Shown here: one piece after another, positions 32,373-42,807 of the stretch
How the letters are laid out: each line of letters opens with the position of its first letter
Position numbering within the stretch: position 1 is the first letter of the stretch
Origin: Streptococcus sp.
GTDB lineage: Bacteria > Bacillota > Bacilli > Lactobacillales > Streptococcaceae
Direction: 5' to 3'
Length of the DNA: 64,000 nucleotides
NCBI GenBank assembly: GCA_003521145.1
Contig: DOTL01000006.1
Location: 2,018 to 66,017 of the forward strand
Made by a program: the position numbers and the translations under genes
Notes under the pieces: generated by a model
The model's input: the letters and a program-made list of their open reading frames with translations, nothing else
What the model was told of the DNA's origin: nothing
The model's database searches: none

Positions 32373-33947
32373 TTACATCAAAGGTCCAATCAGAGAAAAG
32401 AGATAGCCGCCCAGGCGATATGTCATAGGCATTTTTGACAAACTTTCCAGAGTGACTTCTTCTGAGAGCGCCTGGGTTTTCTCAAAATCTTGTTCAATCT
32501 TAAGAACTTCCAGATTTTTATAGAGATAGACCCCATCTTCAAAATTTTGATAGAGACTCCGGTAATCAGTGTTAATGGTACCTACCACAGCTTGTTTCGC
32601 GTCAGAAACAAAAAATTTAGCATGGATAAAGCCTGGGGTATAGCGGAAAATACGGACGCCAGCATCCAAGAGGACTTTAAAATAGGTCGTCGCAATATCA
32701 AAGGCATACTGTTTATCTGGAATCCCTGGCATAATGATACGAACATCAATACCTCGTCTGGCCGCAAAGGTCATGGCTCGAACTAATACGTCATCCAAAA
32801 TCAAATAAGGCGTCATGATATAGACATAATTTGTAGAGGTATTCAGAAGATGTAAATAAACATTTTCTGCAACCTTGTGGTAGGTCAGCGGTGAATTACC
32901 ATAAGGAAGTACAAAACCCTGACTCTTTCTTTTTTGAGGTTTTTCTTGTAGATAGTGCTCCATATCCGTTTTATCTTCTATTCCAGTCACTATCCACATG
33001 GTCAAAAAGAGAGCTTTTAGCGTTTGAACCGCTGAACCATCTAATCGAAGGGCTGTATCCTTCCAATGACCAAAGCGTCCTCGTTTATTTACATACTCAT
33101 CAGCGATATTTACACCACCAGTATAAGCAACTTGACCATCAATCACAGTAAGCTTCCGATGGTCTCGGTAATTGTAAAAGGTTGATAGGATGGGCTTGAC
33201 TGGTGAGAAGGCTTGAGCTTTAATACCAATCTTGTGTAGTCGCTCAATATAATCGTAGGACAAGGTGTTCATCTCATTCATCCCATCAAACATGACACGA
33301 ACATCCAGACCAGCCTTGGCCTTTTCCTCCAAAATGGCTAAAATCTCACCCCACATGATACCTTCGTCAATGATGAAGTATTCCATAAAGATATAACGAT
33401 CTGCCTTTTTCAAATCCTCCAACAGGGCTGGAAGCATGTCGTCTCCAAGTGGAAAATAGGTCACCTCAGTATCTCTGTAGATAGAAAACTGAGCTGGACT
33501 ATGCTCCAGAAAATAAGCTAATTTCTGTAATTGGCGATCACTATGAGACAAATGGTCTGCAACTCCTGGATCGGTGCTTAAATAATTAGAAGCTTGAACT
33601 GTAGCATCCTCAAGTCGTTTCTTCAACCGTCTTACACCCAAATCAGCAAGTGAAAAGTAAAGCAAGGCTGTCCCGAAAATCGGAAAGAGAGCAATTATAA
33701 TCATCCAGGATAGTTTGGAACGCGAATCCATGGAACAATTGAGCAAATAAAAGAAAGTAAAGACACTCAACAAGTGTTCCCATAAGATAATGAATGGGAA
33801 ATGTTCCTGTAAACTGAGATATGAAAAGACAAGAAAGGCCAATTCCAGTAAGAAAAACAGGAGGATGGGAACCTTGCGATTAAGAAGACTTTTAGCCCAT
33901 CTGGAGGTCTTTTGGGGTAATAATCTAACACTTTTGTCTTGGGACAT
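32373..33947 (-). CDS. cls: Cardiolipin synthase (paralogue 1)
   Basis: Two HKD motifs (HRKLTVID, HAKFFVSD) and N-terminal TM helices. Confidence 0.92.
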   Translation of the reverse strand: MSQDKSVRLLPQKTSRWAKSLLNRKVPILLFFLLELAFLVFSYLSLQEHFPFIILWEHLLSVFTFFYLLNCSMDSRSKLSWMIIIALFPIFGTALLYFSLADLGVRRLKKRLEDATVQASNYLSTDPGVADHLSHSDRQLQKLAYFLEHSPAQFSIYRDTEVTYFPLGDDMLPALLEDLKKADRYIFMEYFIIDEGIMWGEILAILEEKAKAGLDVRVMFDGMNEMNTLSYDYIERLHKIGIKAQAFSPVKPILSTFYNYRDHRKLTVIDGQVAYTGGVNIADEYVNKRGRFGHWKDTALRLDGSAVQTLKALFLTMWIVTGIEDKTDMEHYLQEKPQKRKSQGFVLPYGNSPLTYHKVAENVYLHLLNTSTNYVYIMTPYLILDDVLVRAMTFAARRGIDVRIIMPGIPDKQYAFDIATTYFKVLLDAGVRIFRYTPGFIHAKFFVSDAKQAVVGTINTDYRSLYQNFEDGVYLYKNLEVLKIEQDFEKTQALSEEVTLESLSKMPMTYRLGGYLFSLIGPLM

Positions 33948-34040
33948 AGGAACTCCTTCCGTTTGAAAAATTGGATTCTTCATTGATTTACTATGTTACA
34001 TTAGGCTACCGACGTCATTTAGCGACGATCCTTACCAGTT

Positions 34041-34553
34041 TTACTTGATAGGTCTCACAGGTCCTTCAATCGTCTTTTGCATCCAGACGATATCATGCCA
34101 TTGCTCAAACTTGTAGCCAACTTTTGGAAAATGAGCAACTTGAACATAACCACGTTTTTCATGCATGGCAATGCTAGCCTCGTTAGGAACTGCAATGCAG
34201 GCTAGGAAACGCAAGTACCCACGCTTTTCAAGTTCCTCCTCTAGGGCATCATAGAGCTGACTTCCCAAACCTCGACCACGTGCATCTTCATGAAGATAGA
34301 TAGATAACTCTGTCGTCCAATCATAGGCTTTACGAGCATAATAATTTGAAGCATAAGCATAGCCTAGTACTTGGCCATTCTCTTCTGCTACTAAATAGGG
34401 ATAGTTTTCTAGCGTCTTACTGATGCGTTTTTCAAACTCTTGAACACTGGGAACCTCATATTCAAAGGTAATTGCTGTCTTCCCGACATAGGGTGCATAG
34501 ATGGTCTGGATAGCTTGTGCATCTGACAAGCTGGCTGGACGAATGGTTAACAT
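34041..34553 (-). CDS. GNAT N-acetyltransferase (YncA/Pat-like)
   Basis: TAITFEYEVP, RGRGLG, NEASIAMH and GYKFEQWHD motifs. Confidence 0.88.
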   Translation of the reverse strand: MLTIRPASLSDAQAIQTIYAPYVGKTAITFEYEVPSVQEFEKRISKTLENYPYLVAEENGQVLGYAYASNYYARKAYDWTTELSIYLHEDARGRGLGSQLYDALEEELEKRGYLRFLACIAVPNEASIAMHEKRGYVQVAHFPKVGYKFEQWHDIVWMQKTIEGPVRPIK

Positions 34554-34632
34554 TATTTTCTCCTTTGACTTCATTATCCTTATTATAAACTATAAAAAAG
34601 GGGGCTCAATCCTCTTCTAACAAGTCTTGTCA

Positions 34633-36201
34633 CTACATCAATGGCGCAACTAATCTGGCCAATAAGCCTAAGCACTTCTGGTGGAATGGTCGATTTTGAA
34701 CATCAGAGATACTCACTTGATGACACTTGGCCATTGTCGCTTGGAAATCTTCTTCAATACCTACCACTGATGACGTCCTGTAAAGATAGGTCGCACACTC
34801 AAAGTGGTGATAAAGACTACGATAATCTAAATTAATCGTTCCAACAACAGCCCTACTATTGTCACTCACAAAGACCTTGGCATGAACAAATCCAGGTGTG
34901 TACTCGTAGATTTTAACGCCGGATGCCAAAAGTGTTGGGTAGTAAGTCTTAGCTAAGTAGTAAGCTGACTTTTTATCAGGAATACCAGGCATGATGATAC
35001 TGATGTCTACCCCACGTTCAGCCGCAAACTTCAAAGCATGTAGTAACTCGCCATCTAAAATAAGATAGGGCGTCATGATATGAACAAAATCACGCGCATG
35101 ATTCAAAATATCAATATAGACATTCTCACCAACCTTATCCTTATCAAGTGGGATATCCCCGTAAGGGACAACAAAACCAGGAGTATCAAAGGTCTCATGC
35201 TCAACCATATAGGGTGTCACATCCAGTGTTTCATGAGAATAAGTCCACATCTGAAGGAAGAGGACTAAGAAAGTGTCGACTGCTGCCCCCTCAACCATAA
35301 GTGCGGTATCTTTCCAATGCCCAAAACGCTCAATTTTGTTGATGTACTCATCAGCTAGATTAACCCCACCTGTAAAAGCAACCTTACCATCAATCAGCAA
35401 GATTTTTCTATGGTCACGGTAGTTGTAATAGGTAGACAAGAAAGGTGTTACAGAAGCAAAAACACGGGATTGAATACCAATTCTCTCCAATCGTTTCTTA
35501 TAGTCGAAACTCAAAGTTGAAAATTCGATCATGCCGTCATATAGGACACGCACTTCCACCCCTTCTTGAACCTTCTGTTTCAAGATAGCTAGGATTTCAC
35601 CCCACATCTCCCCTTCGTCAATGATGAAATATTCCAGGAAAATGTACTTCTCCGCTTTAAGGAGTTGCTTCTTCATTTCCTCAAACTTGGCCTCACCACT
35701 TGGAAAATAGGTCGTCTTCGTGTGACGATAGACAGGAAAATGCCCATTCACATTTTCAAGATATTGGACCAAGTTGTAGTTGCTTGTGTGACGTTGCTTA
35801 AGCTCTTCGAAAGCCTGATCATCCTGTTTCAATATGCCAGAACTGCGGTCAATATTGCTCTGAATCGCACACTTCATACCTGTATAGCCCAAATCTAGTT
35901 TTGTATAAGCTAGTAATAAGGTTCCGATAATAGGGAAGGGTAAGACAATCAGTAGCCAAGTATTAACAGCCGTTGATTCCATATCACTTTGGAAGAGATA
36001 GATGATGGCCAGAATACGGAGGACCACTTCTGTCACTTGCAAGTGCACCCTATACTGACTCAGCCACAGGTATGACATGGCCACAACAACAAACTGTAGT
36101 AAGATGATTAGGAAGATAATCGTGGCACGACTAAAGATACCTCGAAGAAAGCCACGACGCCCCCTATCATAAAGACGTTCAATTTTAGCATCGTTTTTGA
36201 T
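34633..36201 (-). CDS. cls: Cardiolipin synthase (paralogue 2), probable non-AUG start
   Basis: HRKILLID and HAKVFVSD motifs; the frame is open upstream of GTG 36084 to an ATC at 36199-36201 that follows GAAAGGAG. Confidence 0.88.
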   Translation of the reverse strand: MKNDAKIERLYDRGRRGFLRGIFSRATIIFLIILLQFVVVAMSYLWLSQYRVHLQVTEVVLRILAIIYLFQSDMESTAVNTWLLIVLPFPIIGTLLLAYTKLDLGYTGMKCAIQSNIDRSSGILKQDDQAFEELKQRHTSNYNLVQYLENVNGHFPVYRHTKTTYFPSGEAKFEEMKKQLLKAEKYIFLEYFIIDEGEMWGEILAILKQKVQEGVEVRVLYDGMIEFSTLSFDYKKRLERIGIQSRVFASVTPFLSTYYNYRDHRKILLIDGKVAFTGGVNLADEYINKIERFGHWKDTALMVEGAAVDTFLVLFLQMWTYSHETLDVTPYMVEHETFDTPGFVVPYGDIPLDKDKVGENVYIDILNHARDFVHIMTPYLILDGELLHALKFAAERGVDISIIMPGIPDKKSAYYLAKTYYPTLLASGVKIYEYTPGFVHAKVFVSDNSRAVVGTINLDYRSLYHHFECATYLYRTSSVVGIEEDFQATMAKCHQVSISDVQNRPFHQKCLGLLARLVAPLM

Positions 36202-36271
36202 AGCAGGACTCCTTTCCCTTTTTTATTATTCTTATTATAACAAAAAATGGCTTAATGAATTTAAGTTTTCT

Positions 36272-38059
36272 TTAATTGTTATTTTCGCTTAACTTATCCA
36301 ATAGAGCCTGCGCTACTTTTTCTGGAATGCCAAGTGCTTGGATATCCTCAACGGTAGCTTTTTGGATAGCTGTCATAGACTTGAAGTGTTTGAGGAGTTT
36401 TTGTTTGCGCTTAGGTCCAAGGCCCTCCACGCCATCAAGTTTGGAGCTGAAACTATTTTTACTACGAACTTGACGGTGGAAGGTGATGGCAAAGCGGTGA
36501 ACTTCATCTTGAATACGGTGAAGGAGGAAAAATTCCTCGGATTGACGTGGCAAATCAATGACTTGCAAAGGGTCCCCAAAGAGCAATTCGTTGGTTTGGT
36601 GCTTATCATTTTTCTGAAGCCCCGCAACTGGGATAGAGAGATTCAGTTCATTGCGCAGGACATCCTTGGCCACATTAACCTGTCCTTGACCGCCATCCAT
36701 GATAATAAGATCCGGTGGTGTTAGACCATCACGTTTGACACGACTATAACGGCGACAAATGACCTCACGCATGCTGGCATAATCGTCGGGCCCTTCAACC
36801 GTCTTAATCTTGTATTTGCGGTACTCTTTTTTATTAGGTTTGCCATTCTCAAAAACAATCATGGCAGATACAGGACTCGTTCCCATGATGTTAGAGTTAT
36901 CGAAGGACTCGATGCGAACCGGTGTCGGAATTCCCATGAGTTTGCCTAGATTTTCAATGGCTCCTTGGGTCTTGGCTATATCTTTTTCAAGAAGATCAAA
37001 TTTTTGAGTAAGGCTGACACGGGCATTTTTCGTTGCAAGATTCACCAACTGCTTCTTCTCTCCACGTTGAGGTTTAAAGACCTTGACCTCATCTCCAACT
37101 AGAGCTTCAACAGACTCTTGATCAATGTCCCCTGGAATGAAAATCTCCTTAGGCTTGAGATGACGGCTATCCAAGTAAAATTGACCCATATAGGTTAGAA
37201 AATCTTCCTCAGCATCATTATAGTAAGGGAACATATTGACATCACGCTGAATGAGTTTTCCTTGGCGAACAAAGAAAACTTGAACACACATCCAACCCTT
37301 GTCCACGTAGTAACCGAAGATATCACGGTCCTGCATGTCCTGACGGATAACCCTTTGCTTGGTCCTCAGTGTCGATACCGCCTCAATCAAATCGCGATAC
37401 TCCGCTGCACGCTCAAACTCCATCTGGTCAGACATATCCTTCATCTTGGCCTTAAGCTGGTTAACGATTTTATCGTCATGACCGTTTAGAAAATTCTTGA
37501 CATCCTCAACCAAACCTTGCCAATAGTCCTCAGTGGTGTGACAGATGGTGTGGGCATTACATTGGCCAATATGGTAATAGAAACAGACCTTGTTAGCAGG
37601 ATTTTTACATTTCTTAAAGGGGAAAATACGGTCCAACAGCTTCTTGATTTCATTGGCTGCACCAGAGTCAGGGTAAGGACCAAAATAGAGACCACCATCC
37701 TTCTTAACCTGGCGGGTAATCAAGAGCCTTGGATAGAGTTCCTTAGTAATCTTGATAAATGGATAAGTCTTGCCATCCTTGAGGCGGATGTTGAATTTGG
37801 GCATATTCTCTTGGATGAGGTTAATTTCCAAAAGCAAGGCCTCAATATTGGACTCAGTTACGATAAATTCAAAGTCTGCAATCTCAGATACCAAAAGCTC
37901 CGTCTTGGTATCATGACTTCCACGAAAATAGCTACGCACACGATTTTTTAGATTTTTAGCCTTACCGACATAGATAATATTGCCGAATTTATCCTTGTGG
38001 AGATAGCACCCGGGATTGTTTGGGAGCAATTCCAACTTATGTTTAATCAGATCATTCAT
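36272..38059 (-). CDS. uvrC: Excinuclease ABC subunit C
   Basis: GIY-YIG (PGCY...YVGKAKNL), [16 protein letters not shown] and HhH motifs. Confidence 0.97.
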   Translation of the reverse strand: MNDLIKHKLELLPNNPGCYLHKDKFGNIIYVGKAKNLKNRVRSYFRGSHDTKTELLVSEIADFEFIVTESNIEALLLEINLIQENMPKFNIRLKDGKTYPFIKITKELYPRLLITRQVKKDGGLYFGPYPDSGAANEIKKLLDRIFPFKKCKNPANKVCFYYHIGQCNAHTICHTTEDYWQGLVEDVKNFLNGHDDKIVNQLKAKMKDMSDQMEFERAAEYRDLIEAVSTLRTKQRVIRQDMQDRDIFGYYVDKGWMCVQVFFVRQGKLIQRDVNMFPYYNDAEEDFLTYMGQFYLDSRHLKPKEIFIPGDIDQESVEALVGDEVKVFKPQRGEKKQLVNLATKNARVSLTQKFDLLEKDIAKTQGAIENLGKLMGIPTPVRIESFDNSNIMGTSPVSAMIVFENGKPNKKEYRKYKIKTVEGPDDYASMREVICRRYSRVKRDGLTPPDLIIMDGGQGQVNVAKDVLRNELNLSIPVAGLQKNDKHQTNELLFGDPLQVIDLPRQSEEFFLLHRIQDEVHRFAITFHRQVRSKNSFSSKLDGVEGLGPKRKQKLLKHFKSMTAIQKATVEDIQALGIPEKVAQALLDKLSENNN

Positions 38060-38131
38060 GCTTTCATTGTAGCAAAAAAAGAGCTGAAAAGCTCTTAATA
38101 GTTATGGGTGAATACAATTTTGAAAGGTAGT

Positions 38132-38827
38132 CTATTTGCTCAAAATCGTCAAAATTTCTTGGTAGTTTTTGACTTGATAGGTTGGAACAGCTGGAGTCTC
38201 ATTAACCAAACCTTTTGGATTAAACCAAATGCTGTCAATTCCTGCATTATTACCACCTTGGATATCAGCTGTTAGACTATCACCAATCATGAGGGCCGAA
38301 TCGGGATGAAAATCATGCACCTGATCCGCAATTTTTTCAAAAAAGTCCGTAGATGGTTTGTGGGCACCCACTTCATCTGAGATGAAAATGTCATTGAAGA
38401 ATGGAAAGATGCTTGAGGCTTTCAGACGACCACGTTGGATATAGCTAACACCGTTAGTGGCTGCATAGATCTTGTGGCCTCGATCTTTAACATTCGATAA
38501 GAAGGCATGGGCCTGAGGCAACTCCTGCCCCTGTTGGCTCAAGAAATGTTGGTAACGGCCAGCTAAATGACTGCCATCGACCTCCTGTCCAAAATGCTCA
38601 AAAAGACGAGAAAAACGCGTGCGAAGCAACTCAGGCTTAGTGATTAAACCATGATTGAAATCTTCCCACATGGAACGATTCATGGGGATATAGTGATCCT
38701 TGTAAACTTTAAGATCTCTTGAGGCCACCCCAGCCTCTTCAAGAAGGTAGGTTAAGGCCAAATCTTCAGCACGGTCAAAATCTAGGAGGGTGTGGTCAAG
38801 ATCGAAAAGTAGGAATTTGTATGGCAA
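38132..38827 (-). CDS. HAD-family nucleotidase (YjjG-like)
   Basis: FDLDHTLLD, TNG, KP and IGDSLTADI motifs; likely TTG start at 38827. Confidence 0.88.
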   Translation of the reverse strand: MPYKFLLFDLDHTLLDFDRAEDLALTYLLEEAGVASRDLKVYKDHYIPMNRSMWEDFNHGLITKPELLRTRFSRLFEHFGQEVDGSHLAGRYQHFLSQQGQELPQAHAFLSNVKDRGHKIYAATNGVSYIQRGRLKASSIFPFFNDIFISDEVGAHKPSTDFFEKIADQVHDFHPDSALMIGDSLTADIQGGNNAGIDSIWFNPKGLVNETPAVPTYQVKNYQEILTILSK

Positions 38828-38986
38828 GAGTAATATTCTTTCAGAATTCATTCTGACTTGATTATACCACAATCCCACAATCGTTGACATTCAGCTGACC
38901 AACCATTAAGACTACAAGGTGATTACCTTCCTACCACCACATTATCAATGAAAATATTGACATCAGAGGTGACTTTTCATAAAAAA

Positions 38987-39014
38987 GTTAACGTAAAACA
39001 TATAGGAGGTTAAT
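38987..39014 (+). promoter_or_regulatory. BirA-like operator overlapping the bioY RBS
   Basis: GTTAAC-N16-GTTAAT. Confidence 0.6.
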
Positions 39015-39018
39015 ATAA

Positions 39019-39561
39019 ATAAACAAAACCTGTTCCATAATCTTAATTGCACTAGGTGCTGCCTTAATCGTAGCTCTATCGCCATTTCAGATTGCTTTAG
39101 GACCTATTCCTATCACACTTCAAATATTGGTAATCGCCTTAATTGCTACACTTTATCGCCCTAAAGAAGCAACTCTTTCCGTTTTACTTTACCTTTTATT
39201 AGGAGCAATTGGTCTACCAGTTTTCTCTGGTGGCAATGGTTGTCTTCACACCTTTATTGGACAAACTGGTGGATTTTTACTTTTCTTCCCACTAAGAGCA
39301 TTAGTCACATCACTGATCGCAAATCGTAAGAAAAGCCTAATACAAATTTTCATCGCAAACTTTTTAGGTGAAGTGGTCCTTTTCATCGGAGGTGTCATTG
39401 GCTTTATAATTTTCACTCACTCTCCTATCCTAACTACTCTAAAATTGGTAGTCCTACCATTTGTACTACCAGACCTCATCAAAATTACCTTAACAACACT
39501 ATTTAGTCTCTTGTTACTAAAAGCACTTCAATCTCAGTCTTACTTTAAAATTGAAAAATAG
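39019..39561 (+). pseudogene. bioY: Biotin ECF S component BioY with ATA in the start position
   Basis: GPIPITLQ, GAIGLPVFSGG and PFVLPDLIK motifs; AGGAGG followed 9 nt later by an in-frame ATA. Confidence 0.75.
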
Positions 39562-39795
39562 CTAAAAATACCACTCAGTCTGAAGGTATTTCGTAAAGAA
39601 ACGGTTCAGGTTGGGTGGTTTTTTCTTGTCCATTTTTGCTCATTTTTCTTTAGTTAATCAGTCCAAAAATTTTATACATTGCTACTACTAAGTAATTGTT
39701 GAAGAAGTCTTAACATGTCAACAAACGAATAAATAAAGATGTATTTATTGAAATTACTAACGTTAATAAGCTAAAACACCAATAGTGTTAAATAT

Positions 39796-40422
39796 CTAAA
39801 CAGAATATTCCTTTTGGAACAACTCTTCAACAAGATAAATTATTAAGTTTGTTAATAAGCTTAGACCTACAGTTAAGATAATTCCCCATAAAAGTTTTGT
39901 AAGATTCATCGTACGTAGCCCATCAAAGAGTATGACTCCGAGACCGCCTGCATTAATCGTTGCTCCAATTGTGGCAATTGCAATAATGGCAGTTGAAGCC
40001 AATCTTAAACCAGCGAAAAATGACTTTTGAGCCAGAGGAAATTGAACCTTTAACAAAATCTGCCACTTAGTCATCCCCATAGCCTTTGCTGCTTCAATAA
40101 CATGTTTATCAACTTGTGATAGTCCTGACAAAAAAGTTCGAACTAAAATATATTGAGCATAAATAACTAAGACAATGATAGCTGTTGTTTGACCTAATCC
40201 CGTAATAGGTATCAAGAGAGCAAATAAAGCAAATGAAGGAATGGCATACATTAAAGAAAAAAGATAAATGGTAATATGACTAAATTCTTTATAAAAGTTA
40301 AGAAATATTGTAACAAAAATTGCTAATACAATTGCAGTAACTATCGCAATAAAACTTATCTCAATATGTTCTAGTAAAGCACTAAGAAATTCATCATAAG
40401 AATTACTAAAAACATCAAACAT
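39796..40422 (-). CDS. Quaternary-amine (Opu/EgtU-type) ABC permease
   Basis: IPSFALFALL, EAAKAMGM and GGLG motifs. Confidence 0.88.
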   Translation of the reverse strand: MFDVFSNSYDEFLSALLEHIEISFIAIVTAIVLAIFVTIFLNFYKEFSHITIYLFSLMYAIPSFALFALLIPITGLGQTTAIIVLVIYAQYILVRTFLSGLSQVDKHVIEAAKAMGMTKWQILLKVQFPLAQKSFFAGLRLASTAIIAIATIGATINAGGLGVILFDGLRTMNLTKLLWGIILTVGLSLLTNLIIYLVEELFQKEYSV

Positions 40423-40426
40423 ATTC

Positions 40427-41182
40427 CTACCCCCATAAGCTTTCTTGGTTTTTGGCTGTATCAAGTAGTCGCTTAACAAAATCATTTGCAGGTTTCTTTA
40501 AAATGGCTTCTGGTGTATCAAATTGCGCAATTTTTCCTTCGTCCATAATCATAACTCGAGTTCCCAATTTAAATGCTTCGTAAATATCATGAGTGATAAA
40601 AACAAAGGTTTTATTTGGATATGTTTTATGAATCGTCAACAGTTCTTCTTGTAATTCACTTCTTGTAATGGCATCGATAGCCCCAAAAGGTTCGTCAAAA
40701 AGCGTCACACTAGGATCTGCAGCCAAAGCTCGTGCTACTCCAACACGTTGCTGCTGACCACCAGATAATTCATTAGGATATCTCTTAGCATATTGCTCAT
40801 AAGGTAGCTTGATTAATGATAATAACTCTGACACACGCGCCTTTATTGTTTTTTTGTCCCAATTAAGTAATTTTGGAACAATAGCGATGTTTTCTTCAAC
40901 TGTCTGATGAGGAAAAAGTCCAATCTGTTGAACAACATAACCTATACGACGTCGTAACGTAATTTCATCTAGCTGATCAATCTGGCTACCATCAAATATT
41001 ACAGCTCCTGAGTTTGGTTCTATAAGACGATTTATCATTTTTAAAGTAGTCGTTTTTCCAGATCCAGATGTACCTAAGATGGTAATAAATTCTCCTGTTT
41101 TTATCGAAAAATTAAGATTATCAATAACAATCTTATCACCGTAACGCTTTGTCACATGATCAAATTTTATTATTTCTGTCAT
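40427..41182 (-). CDS. Quaternary-amine ABC ATPase, short form without CBS domains
   Basis: GTSGSGKTT, LSGGQQQRVGVARAL and DEPFGAID motifs. Confidence 0.92.
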   Translation of the reverse strand: MTEIIKFDHVTKRYGDKIVIDNLNFSIKTGEFITILGTSGSGKTTTLKMINRLIEPNSGAVIFDGSQIDQLDEITLRRRIGYVVQQIGLFPHQTVEENIAIVPKLLNWDKKTIKARVSELLSLIKLPYEQYAKRYPNELSGGQQQRVGVARALAADPSVTLFDEPFGAIDAITRSELQEELLTIHKTYPNKTFVFITHDIYEAFKLGTRVMIMDEGKIAQFDTPEAILKKPANDFVKRLLDTAKNQESLWG

Positions 41183-41193
41183 ACATTTTCTCT

Positions 41194-42111
41194 CTATTTG
41201 ATTGTTTTATAAAATTCTTGTGCTACTTTTTGATAGTTTTGACCCTCTACATCTACTTTAGCGTTAAGTTTAGTCACAGTCGCTGTATCCATTTTTTTAG
41301 AAATTTTATTCAACGTACTTTCTATTTTCGGATTAGACTTCAACACATCATCTCGAACTATAGGAGCCAAATTATAAGGGGGCCAAAAATGTTTGTCGTC
41401 TTTTAAAAGAAGATATTTATCTGTATTAACCAATTGACCCTCAGTTGTATATGCCGGAGTGACATCAGCTTCTTTATTGTCTAAAACGGTGTATTTCAAG
41501 CTATTGTCATAAATCTTGGAAGACTTCCATGAAAAATCTCCATAAGTTTTGGCTAATCCAGGAAGACCGTCCTCTCTCTGATCAAATTCACCTTGAGAAG
41601 CAAAATTCAACTCAGAGGCATGTTTTTGTAAGTCTGAAATTGTCTTAATTCCCAGCTGATTTGCAATATCCGTTCGAATGACTAACCCTTGACCATCGTT
41701 AGCTGAAGCATATTTCAACCAAGTTACCTTGAACTTTTTCTCATAGTCTTTTTTGACGGTTTCATATACTTTTTGAGAGTCTGTTTCCATCGGTTCTTTT
41801 AAGATTGAGAGTAAGGCAGTTCCCGTATATTCTGGATACAAATCAATCTCTTTATTTATCAATGAACGATGAATCAAAGAACTAGAAATGTTAGAAACTC
41901 TATGAACTTTATAACCATTATCTTCTAAAGCTAAGGCATAGATTTCAGCTACAACTAGATTTTCAGTAAAATCTTTAGATCCTATTCGTATTGTGGCATT
42001 CGTCTTAGAACTATTTACATTATGGGAGTGTTCTCCTACAAAAACAAAACCCATCACAACACCAATAATAATAGCTAGTAAAATTCCTAAAAATAATTTT
42101 TTACGCTTCAT
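41194..42111 (-). CDS. Betaine-type ABC substrate-binding protein with an N-terminal anchor
   Basis: GSKDFTE, YPEYTGT, EFDQREDG and FWPPY motifs; no lipobox Cys. Confidence 0.88.
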   Translation of the reverse strand: MKRKKLFLGILLAIIIGVVMGFVFVGEHSHNVNSSKTNATIRIGSKDFTENLVVAEIYALALEDNGYKVHRVSNISSSLIHRSLINKEIDLYPEYTGTALLSILKEPMETDSQKVYETVKKDYEKKFKVTWLKYASANDGQGLVIRTDIANQLGIKTISDLQKHASELNFASQGEFDQREDGLPGLAKTYGDFSWKSSKIYDNSLKYTVLDNKEADVTPAYTTEGQLVNTDKYLLLKDDKHFWPPYNLAPIVRDDVLKSNPKIESTLNKISKKMDTATVTKLNAKVDVEGQNYQKVAQEFYKTIK

Positions 42112-42767
42112 ATTTCATAACTCCTTTTCTTGTGTTTTTCAAAAGGCAAACGACTGATTAGTAAGTCAAAAAGAATCATACTCATAAACGATAATAAAGT
42201 GACCGACCCACCACCAATTATCAGAAGATCATAGCGATAAAGACCCAAACCTGTAAAAATGATTGTACCAAGTCCACCTGCACCAATATAAGTCGCAAGA
42301 GTGGCACTAGCAATTACTTCAATTAAAGCGAGTTTAATTCCATTTAAGATATGTGGACTTGCTAAGGGAAACCTCACTTTATATAATGTTTGCCACTTTG
42401 TCATTCCAAGTCCAGTAGCTGTCTCAATTAATATCTGTGGAGGCTCATTAAACCCCACAATAGTGTTTAATAAAATAGGAGGAACTGCTAATGCAACCAG
42501 AGCAATAATTGCAGGTAACCGGCCTACGCCAATAAAAGGAATAAGAATAAACAATAGACCTAAACTAGGAATAACTCTTAAACCCTGAGTACAAAAACTA
42601 GCAACCTGTTTTAATTTAGGGTTTGAGAAGCTAAGATAACCCAAAGGTAAACCAATTCCTAAAGCAATCATCAAAGCCTCTCCACTTAACGCTACATGAT
42701 CTCCAAGTATTTTGACATAATCCTTACCATGTTCTATAAAATACTGTTGTATTTGTTGAATGATCAC
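42108..42767 (-). CDS. Quaternary-amine ABC permease
   Basis: IPSLGLL, PPILLNT and IGAGGLG motifs. Confidence 0.88.
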   Translation of the reverse strand: MIIQQIQQYFIEHGKDYVKILGDHVALSGEALMIALGIGLPLGYLSFSNPKLKQVASFCTQGLRVIPSLGLLFILIPFIGVGRLPAIIALVALAVPPILLNTIVGFNEPPQILIETATGLGMTKWQTLYKVRFPLASPHILNGIKLALIEVIASATLATYIGAGGLGTIIFTGLGLYRYDLLIIGGGSVTLLSFMSMILFDLLISRLPFEKHKKRSYEI

Positions 42768-42807
42768 CCTAATCTCCTTTTCATTACTGTATTCCCGTCT
42801 TTATCTA

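Noticed and set aside
39796..42767. Ordinary osmoprotectant OpuC system
   Set aside because: No CBS domains and apparently co-transcribed with catabolic enzymes; the family call is kept but the osmotic role is doubted.
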